The translations under genes and the position numbers were made by a program. DNA of 64,000 bases, taken from NCBI GenBank assembly GCA_002305475.1, contig DBRB01000019.1, positions 56,022-120,021 of the forward strand, in the 5' to 3' direction. Origin of the DNA: a candidate division WWE3 bacterium UBA1379 (GTDB lineage: Bacteria > Patescibacteriota > WWE3 > UBA101185 > UBA10185). How positions within the stretch are numbered: position 1 is the stretch's first letter; each line of letters begins with the position of its first letter. Positions 1 through 10,333 of the stretch are shown piece by piece. The notes beneath the pieces were generated by a model. It searched no databases, was not told where the DNA came from, and worked only from the letters and a program-made list of their open reading frames with translations.

Positions 1-500
1 TCCGATCTGGAAATTGAATTTCCACCGCTTAAAAGTCCCGATAATCTAATCTTGATTCCTTTTGCTCCTCTTTCAATTGCAGAATTAGCAGCTGATAAAG
101 CAACCTTCCTATATGGATGACGTCGCTTAAGCTGTCTGTATATGTAGTCCGCAACCAGCTGGGCTTCTATTTCCGGAACTTTTACTTCTTCCGCTGTCAG
201 CTTTATTTTGGATTTTGTAATCTTTTTTAGTTCTTTTTCTACTTCTTCAACACCGCTTCCACCTCTTCCGATAACAAGACCCGGTTTTGAAACTCTCACA
301 GTAATGTTTATCTCATTTACGGATCTTTCAATGATTACTTCTTTTAAACCTGCTGATTCATATTTTTCTTTCAGATATTCTCTGATCTTTCTGTCTTCCA
401 GCATCATATTCGCATATTGCTTAGGATCCGAATACCACTTGGATACCCAGTCTTTTGAAATGCCTATTCTAAATCCTGTTGGATGTATTTTCTGACCCAT
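1..500 (-). CDS. rpsC: 30S ribosomal protein S3 (partial, runs off the window start)
   Basis: Reverse strand from ATG at 500 reads MGQKIHPTGFRIGISKDWVSKWY...KPGLVIGRGGSG; follows rplV in S10 order. Confidence 0.97.
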   Translation of the reverse strand, partial: MGQKIHPTGFRIGISKDWVSKWYSDPKQYANMMLEDRKIREYLKEKYESAGLKEVIIERSVNEINITVRVSKPGLVIGRGGSGVEEVEKELKKITKSKIKLTAEEVKVPEIEAQLVADYIYRQLKRRHPYRKVALSAANSAIERGAKGIKIRLSGLLSGGNSISRS

Positions 501-502
501 AA

Positions 503-910
503 TTAATCCTTCTTTGAAGAAGCTTTTGAAACTTTCTTCTTATCCGCCTTTTTAACCGGCTGTTCTGCCTGTTTCGGCGATAAACCAACTATAATATGAC
601 TTCTTCTTTTCAATAACGGGCTGAATCTACCTCTTCCTACAAACATACCTCTTTTTAATACTATTCCTCCGCTTACCTGTAGATCGGATACCACCAAATC
701 ATCTGATTTTAAATTCAGATTGTGCCTGGCGTTTGCCTCGGCGGAATTTAAGGTCTTTAAGACCAGATCTGATGCTTTAGTCGGATCCAATGTCAGAATC
801 AGCTTGGCTTCTGTGACACTCTTACCCCGCACTAAATCCATAACCGGAGCTACCTTCTTCGGTGAGATTAATGCATTGCTTAATTTTGCATATACTGTCG
901 CTTTATTCAT
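503..910 (-). CDS. rplV: 50S ribosomal protein L22
   Basis: ISPKKV..V.DLVRGKSV, SAEANA, KRRSHI; S10 operon position. Confidence 0.97.
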   Translation of the reverse strand: MNKATVYAKLSNALISPKKVAPVMDLVRGKSVTEAKLILTLDPTKASDLVLKTLNSAEANARHNLNLKSDDLVVSDLQVSGGIVLKRGMFVGRGRFSPLLKRRSHIIVGLSPKQAEQPVKKADKKKVSKASSKKD

Positions 911-918
911 ACAACTCC

Positions 919-1191
919 TTAGGCGGTTCCTTTCTTGGAAGAATGACCCCTAAACTTTCTGGTGTGTGAGAATTCACCGAGTTTATGACCTACCATAGCT
1001 TCAGTTACATACACCGGTAAAAACTGCTTTCCATTATGCACTTCAAAAGTCATACCAACCATCTGAGGAACAATAGTGGACCTTCTTGACCATGTCTTAA
1101 TGGGCTTCTTCTGACCGGAAGCTACCATCTTTTCCACCTTTTCCATTAACTTCTCATCTATATAAATTCCTTTTTTCAGTGATCTTGACAT
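919..1191 (-). CDS. rpsS: 30S ribosomal protein S19
   Basis: [27 protein letters not shown]. Confidence 0.99.
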   Translation of the reverse strand: MSRSLKKGIYIDEKLMEKVEKMVASGQKKPIKTWSRRSTIVPQMVGMTFEVHNGKQFLPVYVTEAMVGHKLGEFSHTRKFRGHSSKKGTA

Positions 1192-1211
1192 ATACTTTTT
1201 TTAAAAGTCAT

Positions 1212-2042
1212 TTAGACTTTTCTACCCTTTCTGGACTTAACTATAGTCCTTGAAGTGTATTTTCTTCTTCTGGTTTTCTTACCTCTGGTTTGCCATCCCC
1301 ACGGAGATTTTGGAGCAGGCATACCGATACCGTTGTCTTTATAAGAACCGGCATGGGGATGATCTGAAGGATTAGCCATAGCTACACCCCTCACATGAGG
1401 TCTTCGACCCATATACTTCTGTTTGCCTGCTTTTCCTAATTGGGTGTTTCTCAAGTCCGCATTGCTTAAAACCCCTACCGTAGCATAACAAATTCCCAGT
1501 ACTTTTTTAACCTCTCCGCTCGGAAGTTTGATATTAACGTATTTTCCCTCTTTTGCCAAGATCTGAGCGCTGTTTCCGGCCCCTCTTACTATCTGACCAC
1601 CTCTTCCCGGATTTATTTCAATATTATGGACATTAGCTCCTAAAGGAATTCTTTCTAGTGGAAGATTATTGCCCACCGCTACCTCTGCATCAGGTCCTGA
1701 TACAACTTTCATTCCTTTCTGCAGTCCTTCCGGAGCCAGAATATATCTTTTTTCTCCGTCGGTATAACTTAAAAGTGCAATGCTAGGTCCTCTGTTTGGG
1801 TCATACTGAATAGAAGAAACAGTAGCTTCAATACCGTGCTTACCTCTCTTAAAATCAACGATTCTATAGTGTTTTGCTGCACCTCTTCTTCGGTGTCTTG
1901 AAGAGATTTTTCCATTGTTTCTTCCCACATGCCCTTTAAGAGCAATAGTTAATGATTTTTCGGGCGTAACATCATCAACCTCTCTGACGAGTGTTTTTCT
2001 GGTTCTTATTCCTGCACTTGTAGGTTTATATTTTTTAATCAT
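1212..2042 (-). CDS. rplB: 50S ribosomal protein L2
   Basis: GRNNGKI, YRIVDFKR, YDPNR, RPHVRGVAM, DHPH. Confidence 0.99.
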   Translation of the reverse strand: MIKKYKPTSAGIRTRKTLVREVDDVTPEKSLTIALKGHVGRNNGKISSRHRRRGAAKHYRIVDFKRGKHGIEATVSSIQYDPNRGPSIALLSYTDGEKRYILAPEGLQKGMKVVSGPDAEVAVGNNLPLERIPLGANVHNIEINPGRGGQIVRGAGNSAQILAKEGKYVNIKLPSGEVKKVLGICYATVGVLSNADLRNTQLGKAGKQKYMGRRPHVRGVAMANPSDHPHAGSYKDNGIGMPAPKSPWGWQTRGKKTRRRKYTSRTIVKSRKGRKV

Positions 2043-2059
2043 ATGTTTATTCCCTCTGA

Positions 2060-2344
2060 TTACTTTTCGGCAAACAAATCTATAGTTTGTCCTTCTTTTA
2101 ATTTCACGATAGCTTTTTTCCAGTTTCCGCTGTTTCCAAATCGTGAGGTTTTAGCAATTCTTCTCTTTTTTCCGCGTACAATCATAGTATGCACATCCAT
2201 AACATCAACACCATAAGTTCGTTCAACTTCATTTACAACTGCTCCCTTTGAAGCCTGCATATTGACCATAAAGGCGTACTCACCCGGGTTTCTCAGGCTT
2301 TTTTCCGTTACTATCGGTTTTTTAATTACATTATTAATTCTCAT
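2060..2344 (-). CDS. rplW: 50S ribosomal protein L23
   Basis: PIVTEKS, WKKAIVKL. Confidence 0.98.
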   Translation of the reverse strand: MRINNVIKKPIVTEKSLRNPGEYAFMVNMQASKGAVVNEVERTYGVDVMDVHTMIVRGKKRRIAKTSRFGNSGNWKKAIVKLKEGQTIDLFAEK

Positions 2345-2961
2345 TAATATTTTTCCTGTACGGTTTTCACCGCATCTTTTACAAATAAAACATTTCTGGC
2401 TTCTAAAATATCATAGGCATTTAAGGTTCCGGCTTCGGTAGTCTTTATACCTTTTATATTCCTAGCACTTTTTACAGCATTCGGATTGGAACCGTTGATC
2501 ACAATCAATGTTTTTCCGTTCAGTTTGAGATTTTCGAGTATATTTAAAATTTCTTTGGTTTTGGGCATTTCCATATCAATACTATCCAAAACGGTCATTC
2601 TGTTTTCCTTAGCCAAAATGGATAAGGCTGATTTCATTGCCATCTGCTTGATTTTTTTCGGCAGCGTTAATGTCCAATCTTTAGGTTGTGGGCCGTGAGC
2701 AACACCTCCATGCCTCCACAATGGATTTCTGCTGGATCCAACTCTTGCCCGTCCGGTTCCTTTTTGTCTCCAGGGCTTAGTTCCACCCCCGGATACTTCA
2801 CCTCTTGATTTTGTAGAGGACGTACCCTGACGCTGATTAGCCCGGTAGACTCTGATATACTGTTTAATCACTTCAAGGTTCGGTTCAATACCGAATACCT
2901 CTTTTTTTAGAGTAATTTCTTCTACCTTATTTCCTTTTTTATCTAATACTTGTACTTTCAT
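2344..2961 (-). CDS. rplD: 50S ribosomal protein L4
   Basis: RQGT..TK.RGEVSGGG.KPWRQKGTGRAR. Confidence 0.99.
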   Translation of the reverse strand: MKVQVLDKKGNKVEEITLKKEVFGIEPNLEVIKQYIRVYRANQRQGTSSTKSRGEVSGGGTKPWRQKGTGRARVGSSRNPLWRHGGVAHGPQPKDWTLTLPKKIKQMAMKSALSILAKENRMTVLDSIDMEMPKTKEILNILENLKLNGKTLIVINGSNPNAVKSARNIKGIKTTEAGTLNAYDILEARNVLFVKDAVKTVQEKY

Positions 2962-2964
2962 ATT

Positions 2965-3399
2965 TTATTCAAGAACTTTAATAGTTACTTTAGAATTTCT
3001 GGCACCGGGAACCGGTCCTAAAACCATAACCTGTTTGTTTTCACTATCTATCTTCACAATCTTTGAGCCTTTTACCGTAACTTTCTCATTACCCATTCTT
3101 CCGGCCATTTTTTTACCTTTTAATACTCTGCCGGGAGTCTGAGAACCGATGGATCCAGCTGATCTTTGTTTATTGGATTGCCCTCTGGTTGCTTCACCGA
3201 CACCGGCAAAATTCCAGCGCTTCATAACACCGGCAAATCCTTTACCTTTTGAAGTTCCTGTAATTAATATTTTCTTGTTTTCTAATTCAGGAGAAAGGTT
3301 TTCAGAGGAGGACTGCAAAATGGTAACCGGAACAACAATTCCATTGTCCATAAAAATCTGAGTCATATTCATTTTTATTCCAGTTATTGTATTTTCCAT
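2965..3399 (-). CDS. rplC: 50S ribosomal protein L3, short form (144 aa, internal deletion)
   Basis: G.K..MTQIF...G..VPVT, GTSKGKGFAGVMKRWNF, GSIG...PGRV.KGKKMAGRMG; ATG at 3399 preferred to the longer ORF-track start. Confidence 0.95.
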   Translation of the reverse strand: MENTITGIKMNMTQIFMDNGIVVPVTILQSSSENLSPELENKKILITGTSKGKGFAGVMKRWNFAGVGEATRGQSNKQRSAGSIGSQTPGRVLKGKKMAGRMGNEKVTVKGSKIVKIDSENKQVMVLGPVPGARNSKVTIKVLE

Positions 3400-3530
3400 A
3401 CTTTTTCCACAAATAACCCGGCGCACCGGAGTATATCAAAATTCTATTGGTTAATCCCAACTTTAATAATTCTATTAATACTCTCAAAATACTTGTACCT
3501 CCTTTTTAAAAACTTCAGGTGAAGTCATTC

Positions 3531-3857
3531 TTATGCCATCTTGATTGTTATCCCAACCCCGGCAGGAAGACTTAAATGGGATAAGCTGTCAATGGTTGAT
3601 GGTGTCGGATTCATAATATCCAGTACTCTTTTATGTGTTCTTAATTCAAACTGTTCTCTTGATCTCTTATCAATATGCGGTCCTCTGATTACTGTAAATC
3701 TTTCGATTTTTGTCGGCAAAGGAATCGGGCCGATAACCTTGGCACCTGTTCGAATAGCTGTATCTACAATCTTGGAACAGCTTAAATCCATAATTCTGCT
3801 GTCATAGCTGTTTAATTTTATTCTGATCTTTGATTCTTGTTTTTTTCCTGTTGCCAT
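3531..3857 (-). CDS. rpsJ: 30S ribosomal protein S10
   Basis: [27 protein letters not shown]. Confidence 0.99.
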   Translation of the reverse strand: MATGKKQESKIRIKLNSYDSRIMDLSCSKIVDTAIRTGAKVIGPIPLPTKIERFTVIRGPHIDKRSREQFELRTHKRVLDIMNPTPSTIDSLSHLSLPAGVGITIKMA

Positions 3858-3868
3858 ATGTCATGAAA

Positions 3869-3890
3869 GGAGTCCCGTTTCCGGGACTCC
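3869..3890 (-). terminator. GC-rich hairpin after tuf, 11 nt upstream of the rpsJ start
   Basis: mRNA GGAGUCCCG-GAAA-CGGGACUCC followed by only UUU. Confidence 0.55.
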
Positions 3891-3909
3891 CCCCTTAAAA
3901 TCAATCTAA

Positions 3910-5088
3910 TTAAGCAATCACCTTGGTAACAACACCTGCACCGACAGTGTGACCACCTTCTCTGATAGCAAATCGAAGACCTTCTTCCATAGCTACCGGA
4001 GTAATCAGTTTAACCTTAAATGAAGTGTTATCACCGGGCATAACCATTTCCACACCTTCCTTAAGTGTAATCTCACCGGTCACGTCAGTAGTTCTTAAAT
4101 AGAACTGTGGTCTGTATCCACTGAAGAATGGTTTCTGACGTCCGCCTTCTTCCTTGGAAAGGATGATGACTTCAGCTTCGAATTCTGTATGAGGTTTGAC
4201 AGATCCCGGTTTGGCTAAAACCTGACCTCTTTCAATCTGATCTCTTTCAACACCTCTTAATAGGATACCTACATTGTCACCGGCCTGACCTTCATTCATC
4301 TGCTTCTTGAACATTTCAACACCTGTGACTACGGATTTTCTGGTTTCTTTAATACCGACGATTTCTACTTCTTCGTTGATGCTAATCTTACCTCTTTCTA
4401 CTCTTCCGGTTGCCACAGTTCCTCTACCCATGATAGAGAAAACATCTTCCACCGGCATCAAGAATGGTTTATCCAGTTCTCGGACTGGATCCGGAATATA
4501 GGAATCTACAGCATCCATTAAGTCTTCGATAGCTTTTACAGATTCAGGATCTCCTTCTAAAGCTTTAGCAGCTGATCCTTTAATAACAGGAGCATTTTCT
4601 CCGTCAAATCCGTACTTTGTTAAAAGTTCGCGGACTTCTAGTTCAACGAGGTCTAAAATTTCTTTATCGGCAACCATGTCAGTCTTGTTCATAAAGACAA
4701 CCATTGCCGGTACGTTAACCTGTTTAGCTAAAAGAATGTGTTCTCTGGTTTGAGGCATAGGTCCGTCAGGAGAGGACACAACAAGAATTGCTCCATCCAT
4801 CTGAGCAGCACCGGTAATCATGTTCTTGATATAGTCAGCATGTCCCGGAGCGTCAATGTGAGCGTAGTGTCTTTTATCTGTTTCGTACTCGACGTGAGTG
4901 ATATTAATGGTAATACCTCTTTCACGTTCTTCAGGAGCCTTATCGATAGAATCGTAAGCTCTGAATTCCGCTTTGCCTTTTCCAGCGAGAACTTTAGTAA
5001 TAGCAGCCGTTAATGTCGTCTTACCATGATCAACGTGACCTATGGTTCCGATATTAACGTGTGGTTTTGTTCTTTCAAATGTAGCCAT
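3910..5088 (-). CDS. tuf: Elongation factor Tu
   Basis: [26 protein letters not shown]. Confidence 0.99.
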   Translation of the reverse strand: MATFERTKPHVNIGTIGHVDHGKTTLTAAITKVLAGKGKAEFRAYDSIDKAPEERERGITINITHVEYETDKRHYAHIDAPGHADYIKNMITGAAQMDGAILVVSSPDGPMPQTREHILLAKQVNVPAMVVFMNKTDMVADKEILDLVELEVRELLTKYGFDGENAPVIKGSAAKALEGDPESVKAIEDLMDAVDSYIPDPVRELDKPFLMPVEDVFSIMGRGTVATGRVERGKISINEEVEIVGIKETRKSVVTGVEMFKKQMNEGQAGDNVGILLRGVERDQIERGQVLAKPGSVKPHTEFEAEVIILSKEEGGRQKPFFSGYRPQFYLRTTDVTGEITLKEGVEMVMPGDNTSFKVKLITPVAMEEGLRFAIREGGHTVGAGVVTKVIA

Positions 5089-5624
5089 ATTATTCCTTTC
5101 AGGCTATCGCGGATTTTCAAATAACTTATATTCCGCGAACTAAAAAACTTAATACTCTGTTTTTAAATTTACTTATAACATAGAACATTTTCAGCTTTAT
5201 GCAATAGGCTTTCGAATTCTAACACATCTTTTACGTTTTATGAACCCCTTTTTTGCTTAAGGACACTGATTTTTATCCTTTTTAAGATTCTACGTTTTTT
5301 AGTGTTGTTAATTTGATAGTCTATTCAACCATAAATTACTACGCTGGACAGTAAACCAGATTTGAAGTAGAAAATCAAGTATTTCATAGAGTAGGTAAGG
5401 TTATGAAACAAAGTTTGATTTACCAATTTTCTAGTACCCTATAGTAATGAGATGTTTTCTTCTATCAACAACTCTAATCTCATTAATTGGGGGGTTTAAC
5501 TACTCTTTAAAACACGATAAATTAAGAAATACTAGTACACTGAATGATTTAACAATCAAGGATAACTTACAAATAATAAAAATTTAGAATTTAATTCCAT
5601 CAATGTTTCTGATAGATTTATATT

Positions 5625-7124
5625 ATGAGTTTGTCATTTACATCACTTTCATCACAAGAAGAATATTCAGAAGAAACAATGGATGAGTTAGTCAGAAAAT
5701 TTGAATTGGCAGAAGATGGACCAATCAACTTTACTAAAAATTTACATAAAATGTTTTCTGCACCCGAGGGATTAACTGAAAAAAAACAAGATCGAGTACA
5801 GCAATATGCCGAAGAAATATTAGGAGGTATTAATAGTGTCGTGAATAATAATAGAAAGGAATTGCAGGATTTTTTAAAAGAAAATGTTGCAACAGAAAGG
5901 CTTAACTCAAAAACCTTGCCGGAATTTGTTAAACAAACAGAGGATGCCATAGATTCATTGCGGTTTTTAGATAGTATTTTTGAAAATTCCCACAATGAAA
6001 CTTTATATGTAAATGCTATGAACTATGTAGACGGAGGATTAATTATTTCCTTGCATAAAGAAGATTGGAGTGATTGGCAGATTGGATCGAAAAGAATAAA
6101 TAGAGTTGAAATAAGTATAAAAACTTCTTCCGAACAAAAATCACAGGATTATACAATGCTTCAGCTGGGATTCAATCTATATAATATAAATGAAGAAGTT
6201 ACATCATTAAGAGCGGATATTCATCCGATTAGAAGACAGCAAATACAACCCGAAATAGTTAGTGATCAGCAAAATTACCAGGTACAATTAGATATAGAAC
6301 ATGATACTAATGAATCGTTTGTTCATAATAAACATATAGAACTCAAATCCATAAACCAGGGACAGATAATCAGCAATTTTAGAATGATTCAGCAGGTATT
6401 CCTGATTAACTTTGTAGAAAATTACCTTAATAAATCATCAACAAAACTCATAATGAACAGAGAAATAAGAGAACTAATAGAAAAAGAGTATAGTAAGGAA
6501 AAAAATCTACTAGGGTTAAACTCAAAATCAGGTGATTACCAAGCTAAACCGCCTAACCAACATCTTGTGGAAAGATTAGCAGATGATGAAAATATAATAA
6601 ATACAAACTTTCAAGTAGGCGAATATATTGCAAAATTACTAAAAAAACGTCTACCCAGTAAATTTGATGATAACCAATCACGTGAAGAAAAACAAATGGC
6701 ACAAGAAACTTTCGATAACTTAAAACCTAATGACGTGGTTACTATATGGTTTTTGAACCTGAGAAATGAACCAATAACTAAAAACAATAAACATAAGATT
6801 GAAAAAGAATACGGCGTAAATTCAGATAAAGGACAAACCTTACAAGAATCTAAAGATTTGTATGACTATACCTTAGGAATGAATATTTCACTTGAAGATA
6901 TGATAAAACAAATACATCAGCAGGCGACAGAACAAACTGAATATAATACGCTTCTAGAATTAATATCAGAAATTGAAAATGATGATATAAAAGAGGAAGA
7001 TAAATCAGAATATATCCGTCAAATAATTGCCTTATATTATGCAAAAATATATTTTGACGATGCAATTAAGAGCATAGAGGAAGAAAGTAATAAAGCAACT
7101 GTGTATATTCCTAAAAAGCGTTAA
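5625..7124 (+). CDS. Hypothetical protein (499 aa, AT-rich, no recognised motif)
   Basis: Long uninterrupted ORF with visibly AT-richer codons, on the opposite strand to the flanking str genes. Confidence 0.8.
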   Translation: MSLSFTSLSSQEEYSEETMDELVRKFELAEDGPINFTKNLHKMFSAPEGLTEKKQDRVQQYAEEILGGINSVVNNNRKELQDFLKENVATERLNSKTLPEFVKQTEDAIDSLRFLDSIFENSHNETLYVNAMNYVDGGLIISLHKEDWSDWQIGSKRINRVEISIKTSSEQKSQDYTMLQLGFNLYNINEEVTSLRADIHPIRRQQIQPEIVSDQQNYQVQLDIEHDTNESFVHNKHIELKSINQGQIISNFRMIQQVFLINFVENYLNKSSTKLIMNREIRELIEKEYSKEKNLLGLNSKSGDYQAKPPNQHLVERLADDENIINTNFQVGEYIAKLLKKRLPSKFDDNQSREEKQMAQETFDNLKPNDVVTIWFLNLRNEPITKNNKHKIEKEYGVNSDKGQTLQESKDLYDYTLGMNISLEDMIKQIHQQATEQTEYNTLLELISEIENDDIKEEDKSEYIRQIIALYYAKIYFDDAIKSIEEESNKATVYIPKKR

Positions 7125-7156
7125 ATTATTTTAATACAGATTCTTCTAACCTATAG

Positions 7157-7185
7157 TTGACATAAGTCGCTGTATAACCTATAAT
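7157..7185 (+). promoter_or_regulatory. Consensus sigma70 promoter for the putative ncRNA
   Basis: TTGACA (7157-7162), 17 bp, TATAAT (7180-7185). Confidence 0.85.
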
Positions 7186-7191
7186 ATAACT

Positions 7192-7715
7192 ATCTTCTCC
7201 CTACTGAGGTAATATGTTTACAAAAAACAGAAACCTCCAATTGAATAGTGCCAAAAAGGCCTTTGGCTTTGTTGGCACATGGCAGGGAGAGCAGCCACGA
7301 AACGCCAGTACGCGTGTATGGGGTACACGTCAGTATAGGCGCTTTGAGCGCTGCTAACCCTGGGATGCAGTAGTATCTCCTGCATCGCCCACTTATGGGA
7401 GAGATACAATGATTATGCCTTATATGAAGGCATAATGCCTGGCTGAGAACATTTGCCTTAGAGCATGTTCCAGTCTAGGTATAGACAATGGCTGATAGCT
7501 ATTGGAAGGGATGATCCTAGATCTTACAAATACCGCGAGGTAAGCCAGGATTTGAACAACCAAGAAAACCTACTAATGATTCCCATATATCATAACTTGC
7601 GAGGGAATCACTGTAGTAGACTGCTTAAAGCCAGAAAATTACACGGATACCTTTTTTGTATTCGTGTCTAAAGGCCGGAACAGGATTTTACATCCCTACC
7701 GGCCTTTATCATTTG
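7192..7715 (+). ncRNA. Putative large structured non-coding RNA (unassigned family)
   Basis: At least 11 helices, G-U pairs that only work on the plus strand, a GCGA tetraloop, a 7-bp loop pseudoknot, its own promoter and no credible ORF. Confidence 0.75.
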
Positions 7716-7740
7716 ATAAACGATTTTAGATTAAGGGATA

Positions 7741-7768
7741 AAAAATCCCGGAACTAAGTCCGGGATTT
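7741..7768 (-). terminator. Intrinsic terminator of fusA (possibly bidirectional)
   Basis: aaatcccgga-actaag-tccgggattt with A-run on the left (U-tail on minus). Confidence 0.8.
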
Positions 7769-7792
7769 CGTGTTATTCGATTTGATAATTCT

Positions 7793-9868
7793 TTACTTTC
7801 CGCTTTTGACCAATTCAGCAACGTTTGCCGGAACTTCAGCATAGTGGCTCGGTTCCATGGTAAAAGAAGCCCTTCCCTGAGACATACCCCTAAGTTCAGT
7901 TGCATATCCAAACATTTCAGCTAAAGGAACCTTAGCGCTGATTGCTCTGGCATTACCCCTTGTTTCCGTACCCTCAATCTGGCCTCTCTTTGAGGAAAGA
8001 TTTCCGATAACATCACCCATAAATTCTTCAGGTGTTACAACCTCAACTTTCATGATAGGTTCTAAAAGATACGGACGGGCTTTATTCTGTGCATTCTTGA
8101 ATGCTTCAGCAGCAGCCATCTTAAATGCCATTTCGGAAGAGTCAACATCATGGTATGAACCGTCTATTAGAGTAAATTTCACATCCACTACCGGATATCC
8201 TGCTACCACACCGGTTTCTGCAGCATCACGCAAACCTTTTTCTACAGGAGCGATGTATTCTCTTGGAATAGAACCTCCAACAATCTTGTTTTCAAATTCG
8301 ATGCCAGCCCCTCTTTCCAATGGTTCCATTGTAATAACCACATGACCATACTGTCCGCGTCCACCGGATTGTCTGATGTGTTTTCCTTCCACTTCCACTT
8401 TGTCCTTAATGCTTTCTCGGTAAGCAACTTGTGGTTTACCTGTGTTTACTTCAACATTAAATTCTCTTCTCATACGATCAACGATAATATCCAAATGCAA
8501 TTCACCCATACCATAAAGAACCGTTTCTCCAGTTTCTGCATCCGATTTAACCTTTAAAGTAGGATCTTCTTCCAAAAGTTTTTTGAGAGATTCCCCGAGT
8601 TTATCTCGGTCTGCCTTAGTCTTAGGTTCAACAACTAAACCGATAACCGGTTCGGCAAAACTGATTGCTTCCAGAGTGACGAATTTTCCTTCTTCACACA
8701 ACGTATCTCCTGTAGTTGCTTCAACACCGATGACAGCACCTATTTCCCCCGCTTTCAGTTCCTTCACTTCTTCTCTATGATTTGCATGCATTAACAAAAG
8801 TCGACCAATTCGTTCTTTTTTGTCTTTGGTTGAGTTATAGACATAGGAACCTGCACTAATCATTCCTGAATATACTCGGACATAGGTTAATCTTCCAACA
8901 TATGGATCTGTCTGAACCTTAAATGCCAAAGTAACCATCTGTTCAGATGAATCAGGATTCACTTCAACAGGATTTCCGTCCTTGTCATAACCAAGGATAT
9001 GTCCGACGTCTTTAGGAGATGGGAGAAAATCTATCACACCGTCCAGCATTTTCTGCACCCCGACATTTGCCAATGATGCTCCGGCATAAACGGGAAATAG
9101 CTCATGGGCGATGGTAAGTTTTCTGATACCTGCTTTCAGATCTTCAACAGTAATTTCTTCACCACCTAGATACTTTTCGATTAAAGCGTCATCACCTTCT
9201 GCTACCTTTTCCACCAGAATTTTTCTGTATTCCTCCGTTTTTTCCTGCATATCTTGAGGTATCTGAATCTCTACTACATCAGCACCCAGTTTCCCTTCGA
9301 ATCTGTATGCTTTTCTTTCAATCAGATCGATAACGGAATTAAACTCACCTTCCAAGCCGATCGGAAGCTGAACAGCAACAGCATTTTTAGTCAGACGCTC
9401 ATGAATAGATTTTAAGGACATGTAGAAATCCCCCCCGACTTTATCCAGTTTATTTGCAAAAAAGAGAAGGGGAACATGATATTTTTCCGCCTGTCTGAAA
9501 ACAGTCTCTGACTGAGGTTCAACACCCTGTGAAGAGTCCAGTAAAATTACTCCTCCATCTAATACACGAAGTGATCTTTCAACTTCAGCAGTGAAGTCAA
9601 CGTGTCCAGGAGTATCAATAATATTAATTCGATGATCTTTCCAGAAACAGGTAGTAGCAGCGGATGTAATGGTAATACCCCGCTCTCGTTCCTGTGCCAT
9701 CCAGTCCATCTGGGCCGCACCTTCATGAGTCTCACCTATTTTATGAGACCTTCCGGTGTAATAAAGCACCCGTTCGGTAGTCGTGGTTTTTCCCGCATCA
9801 ATATGTGCGATAATACCAATATTTCTGATCCTCTCCAGAGGATATGTTTTGTTCATTGTGTCTGCCAT
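7793..9868 (-). CDS. fusA: Elongation factor G
   Basis: [32 protein letters not shown]. Confidence 0.99.
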   Translation of the reverse strand: MADTMNKTYPLERIRNIGIIAHIDAGKTTTTERVLYYTGRSHKIGETHEGAAQMDWMAQERERGITITSAATTCFWKDHRINIIDTPGHVDFTAEVERSLRVLDGGVILLDSSQGVEPQSETVFRQAEKYHVPLLFFANKLDKVGGDFYMSLKSIHERLTKNAVAVQLPIGLEGEFNSVIDLIERKAYRFEGKLGADVVEIQIPQDMQEKTEEYRKILVEKVAEGDDALIEKYLGGEEITVEDLKAGIRKLTIAHELFPVYAGASLANVGVQKMLDGVIDFLPSPKDVGHILGYDKDGNPVEVNPDSSEQMVTLAFKVQTDPYVGRLTYVRVYSGMISAGSYVYNSTKDKKERIGRLLLMHANHREEVKELKAGEIGAVIGVEATTGDTLCEEGKFVTLEAISFAEPVIGLVVEPKTKADRDKLGESLKKLLEEDPTLKVKSDAETGETVLYGMGELHLDIIVDRMRREFNVEVNTGKPQVAYRESIKDKVEVEGKHIRQSGGRGQYGHVVITMEPLERGAGIEFENKIVGGSIPREYIAPVEKGLRDAAETGVVAGYPVVDVKFTLIDGSYHDVDSSEMAFKMAAAEAFKNAQNKARPYLLEPIMKVEVVTPEEFMGDVIGNLSSKRGQIEGTETRGNARAISAKVPLAEMFGYATELRGMSQGRASFTMEPSHYAEVPANVAELVKSGK

Positions 9869-10047
9869 ATGTATAATTCCTTTTTAGTTTGTAACTTCTT
9901 GTTTCAATTAATCAAATAAGACCTAGCAAATATACAATATTTTCCGAAAAATTGCTATATTTCGCAACAATCCTATACTAGTAGTATTCTATTCTTGTAT
10001 TAAATTGTATTTAAGGCTAGTGGTTTACTTTTTTGTAACTTGTGTAT

Positions 10048-10070
10048 AAAGGCTCCCTTTCGGGAGCCTT
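10048..10070 (-). terminator. Intrinsic terminator after the 61-aa ORF
   Basis: mRNA AAGGCUCCC-GAAA-GGGAGCCUUU. Confidence 0.7.
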
Positions 10071-10086
10071 CTTGTTTTCTCAACCT

Positions 10087-10272
10087 TTATGCTTCTACAG
10101 TTTCCTCAGCAGGCTTTGCCTGTCTAGATAGCTTCAGGATATAGGAAAATCCTGCAAGCAAGATCACAGCTCCGACAAATACGAAATACATATTACCGGT
10201 TTTCTGCGACAACATCAGGAAAAATGTACCTCCAAAGGAAGTGAAATAAATAAGGATTCTTTGTAGAGACAT
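10087..10272 (-). CDS. Small membrane protein (2 predicted TM segments)
   Basis: Two hydrophobic stretches, polar tail, followed by a terminator. Confidence 0.65.
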   Translation of the reverse strand: MSLQRILIYFTSFGGTFFLMLSQKTGNMYFVFVGAVILLAGFSYILKLSRQAKPAEETVEA

Positions 10273-10333
10273 ATATTAGATTTTTTCATCTTCCACAGTA
10301 TAAAAAAGGGGAAAATGATACTCCTTAAAAATA

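Noticed and set aside
5140-5620. AT-rich gap upstream of tuf with weak inverted repeats (e.g. taatgagat/atctcatta)
   Set aside because: Such stems are expected by chance at this AT content; no TSD or terminal IR pair found to define a mobile element.
7218-7671. Short ORFs 7218-7409 (-) and 7465-7671 (+)
   Set aside because: No SD or recognisable motifs, atypical composition, and both lie within the paired region.
7192-7715. RNase P RNA, tmRNA, SRP RNA or group I/II intron as identity of the structured region
   Set aside because: No GAGGAAAGUCC or ACAGAA..CGGCUUA, no tRNA-like ends with T-loop and CCA, GCAGCCA lacks the SRP helix-8 context, no domain V, and no interrupted host gene. A highly divergent member cannot be excluded without cmscan.
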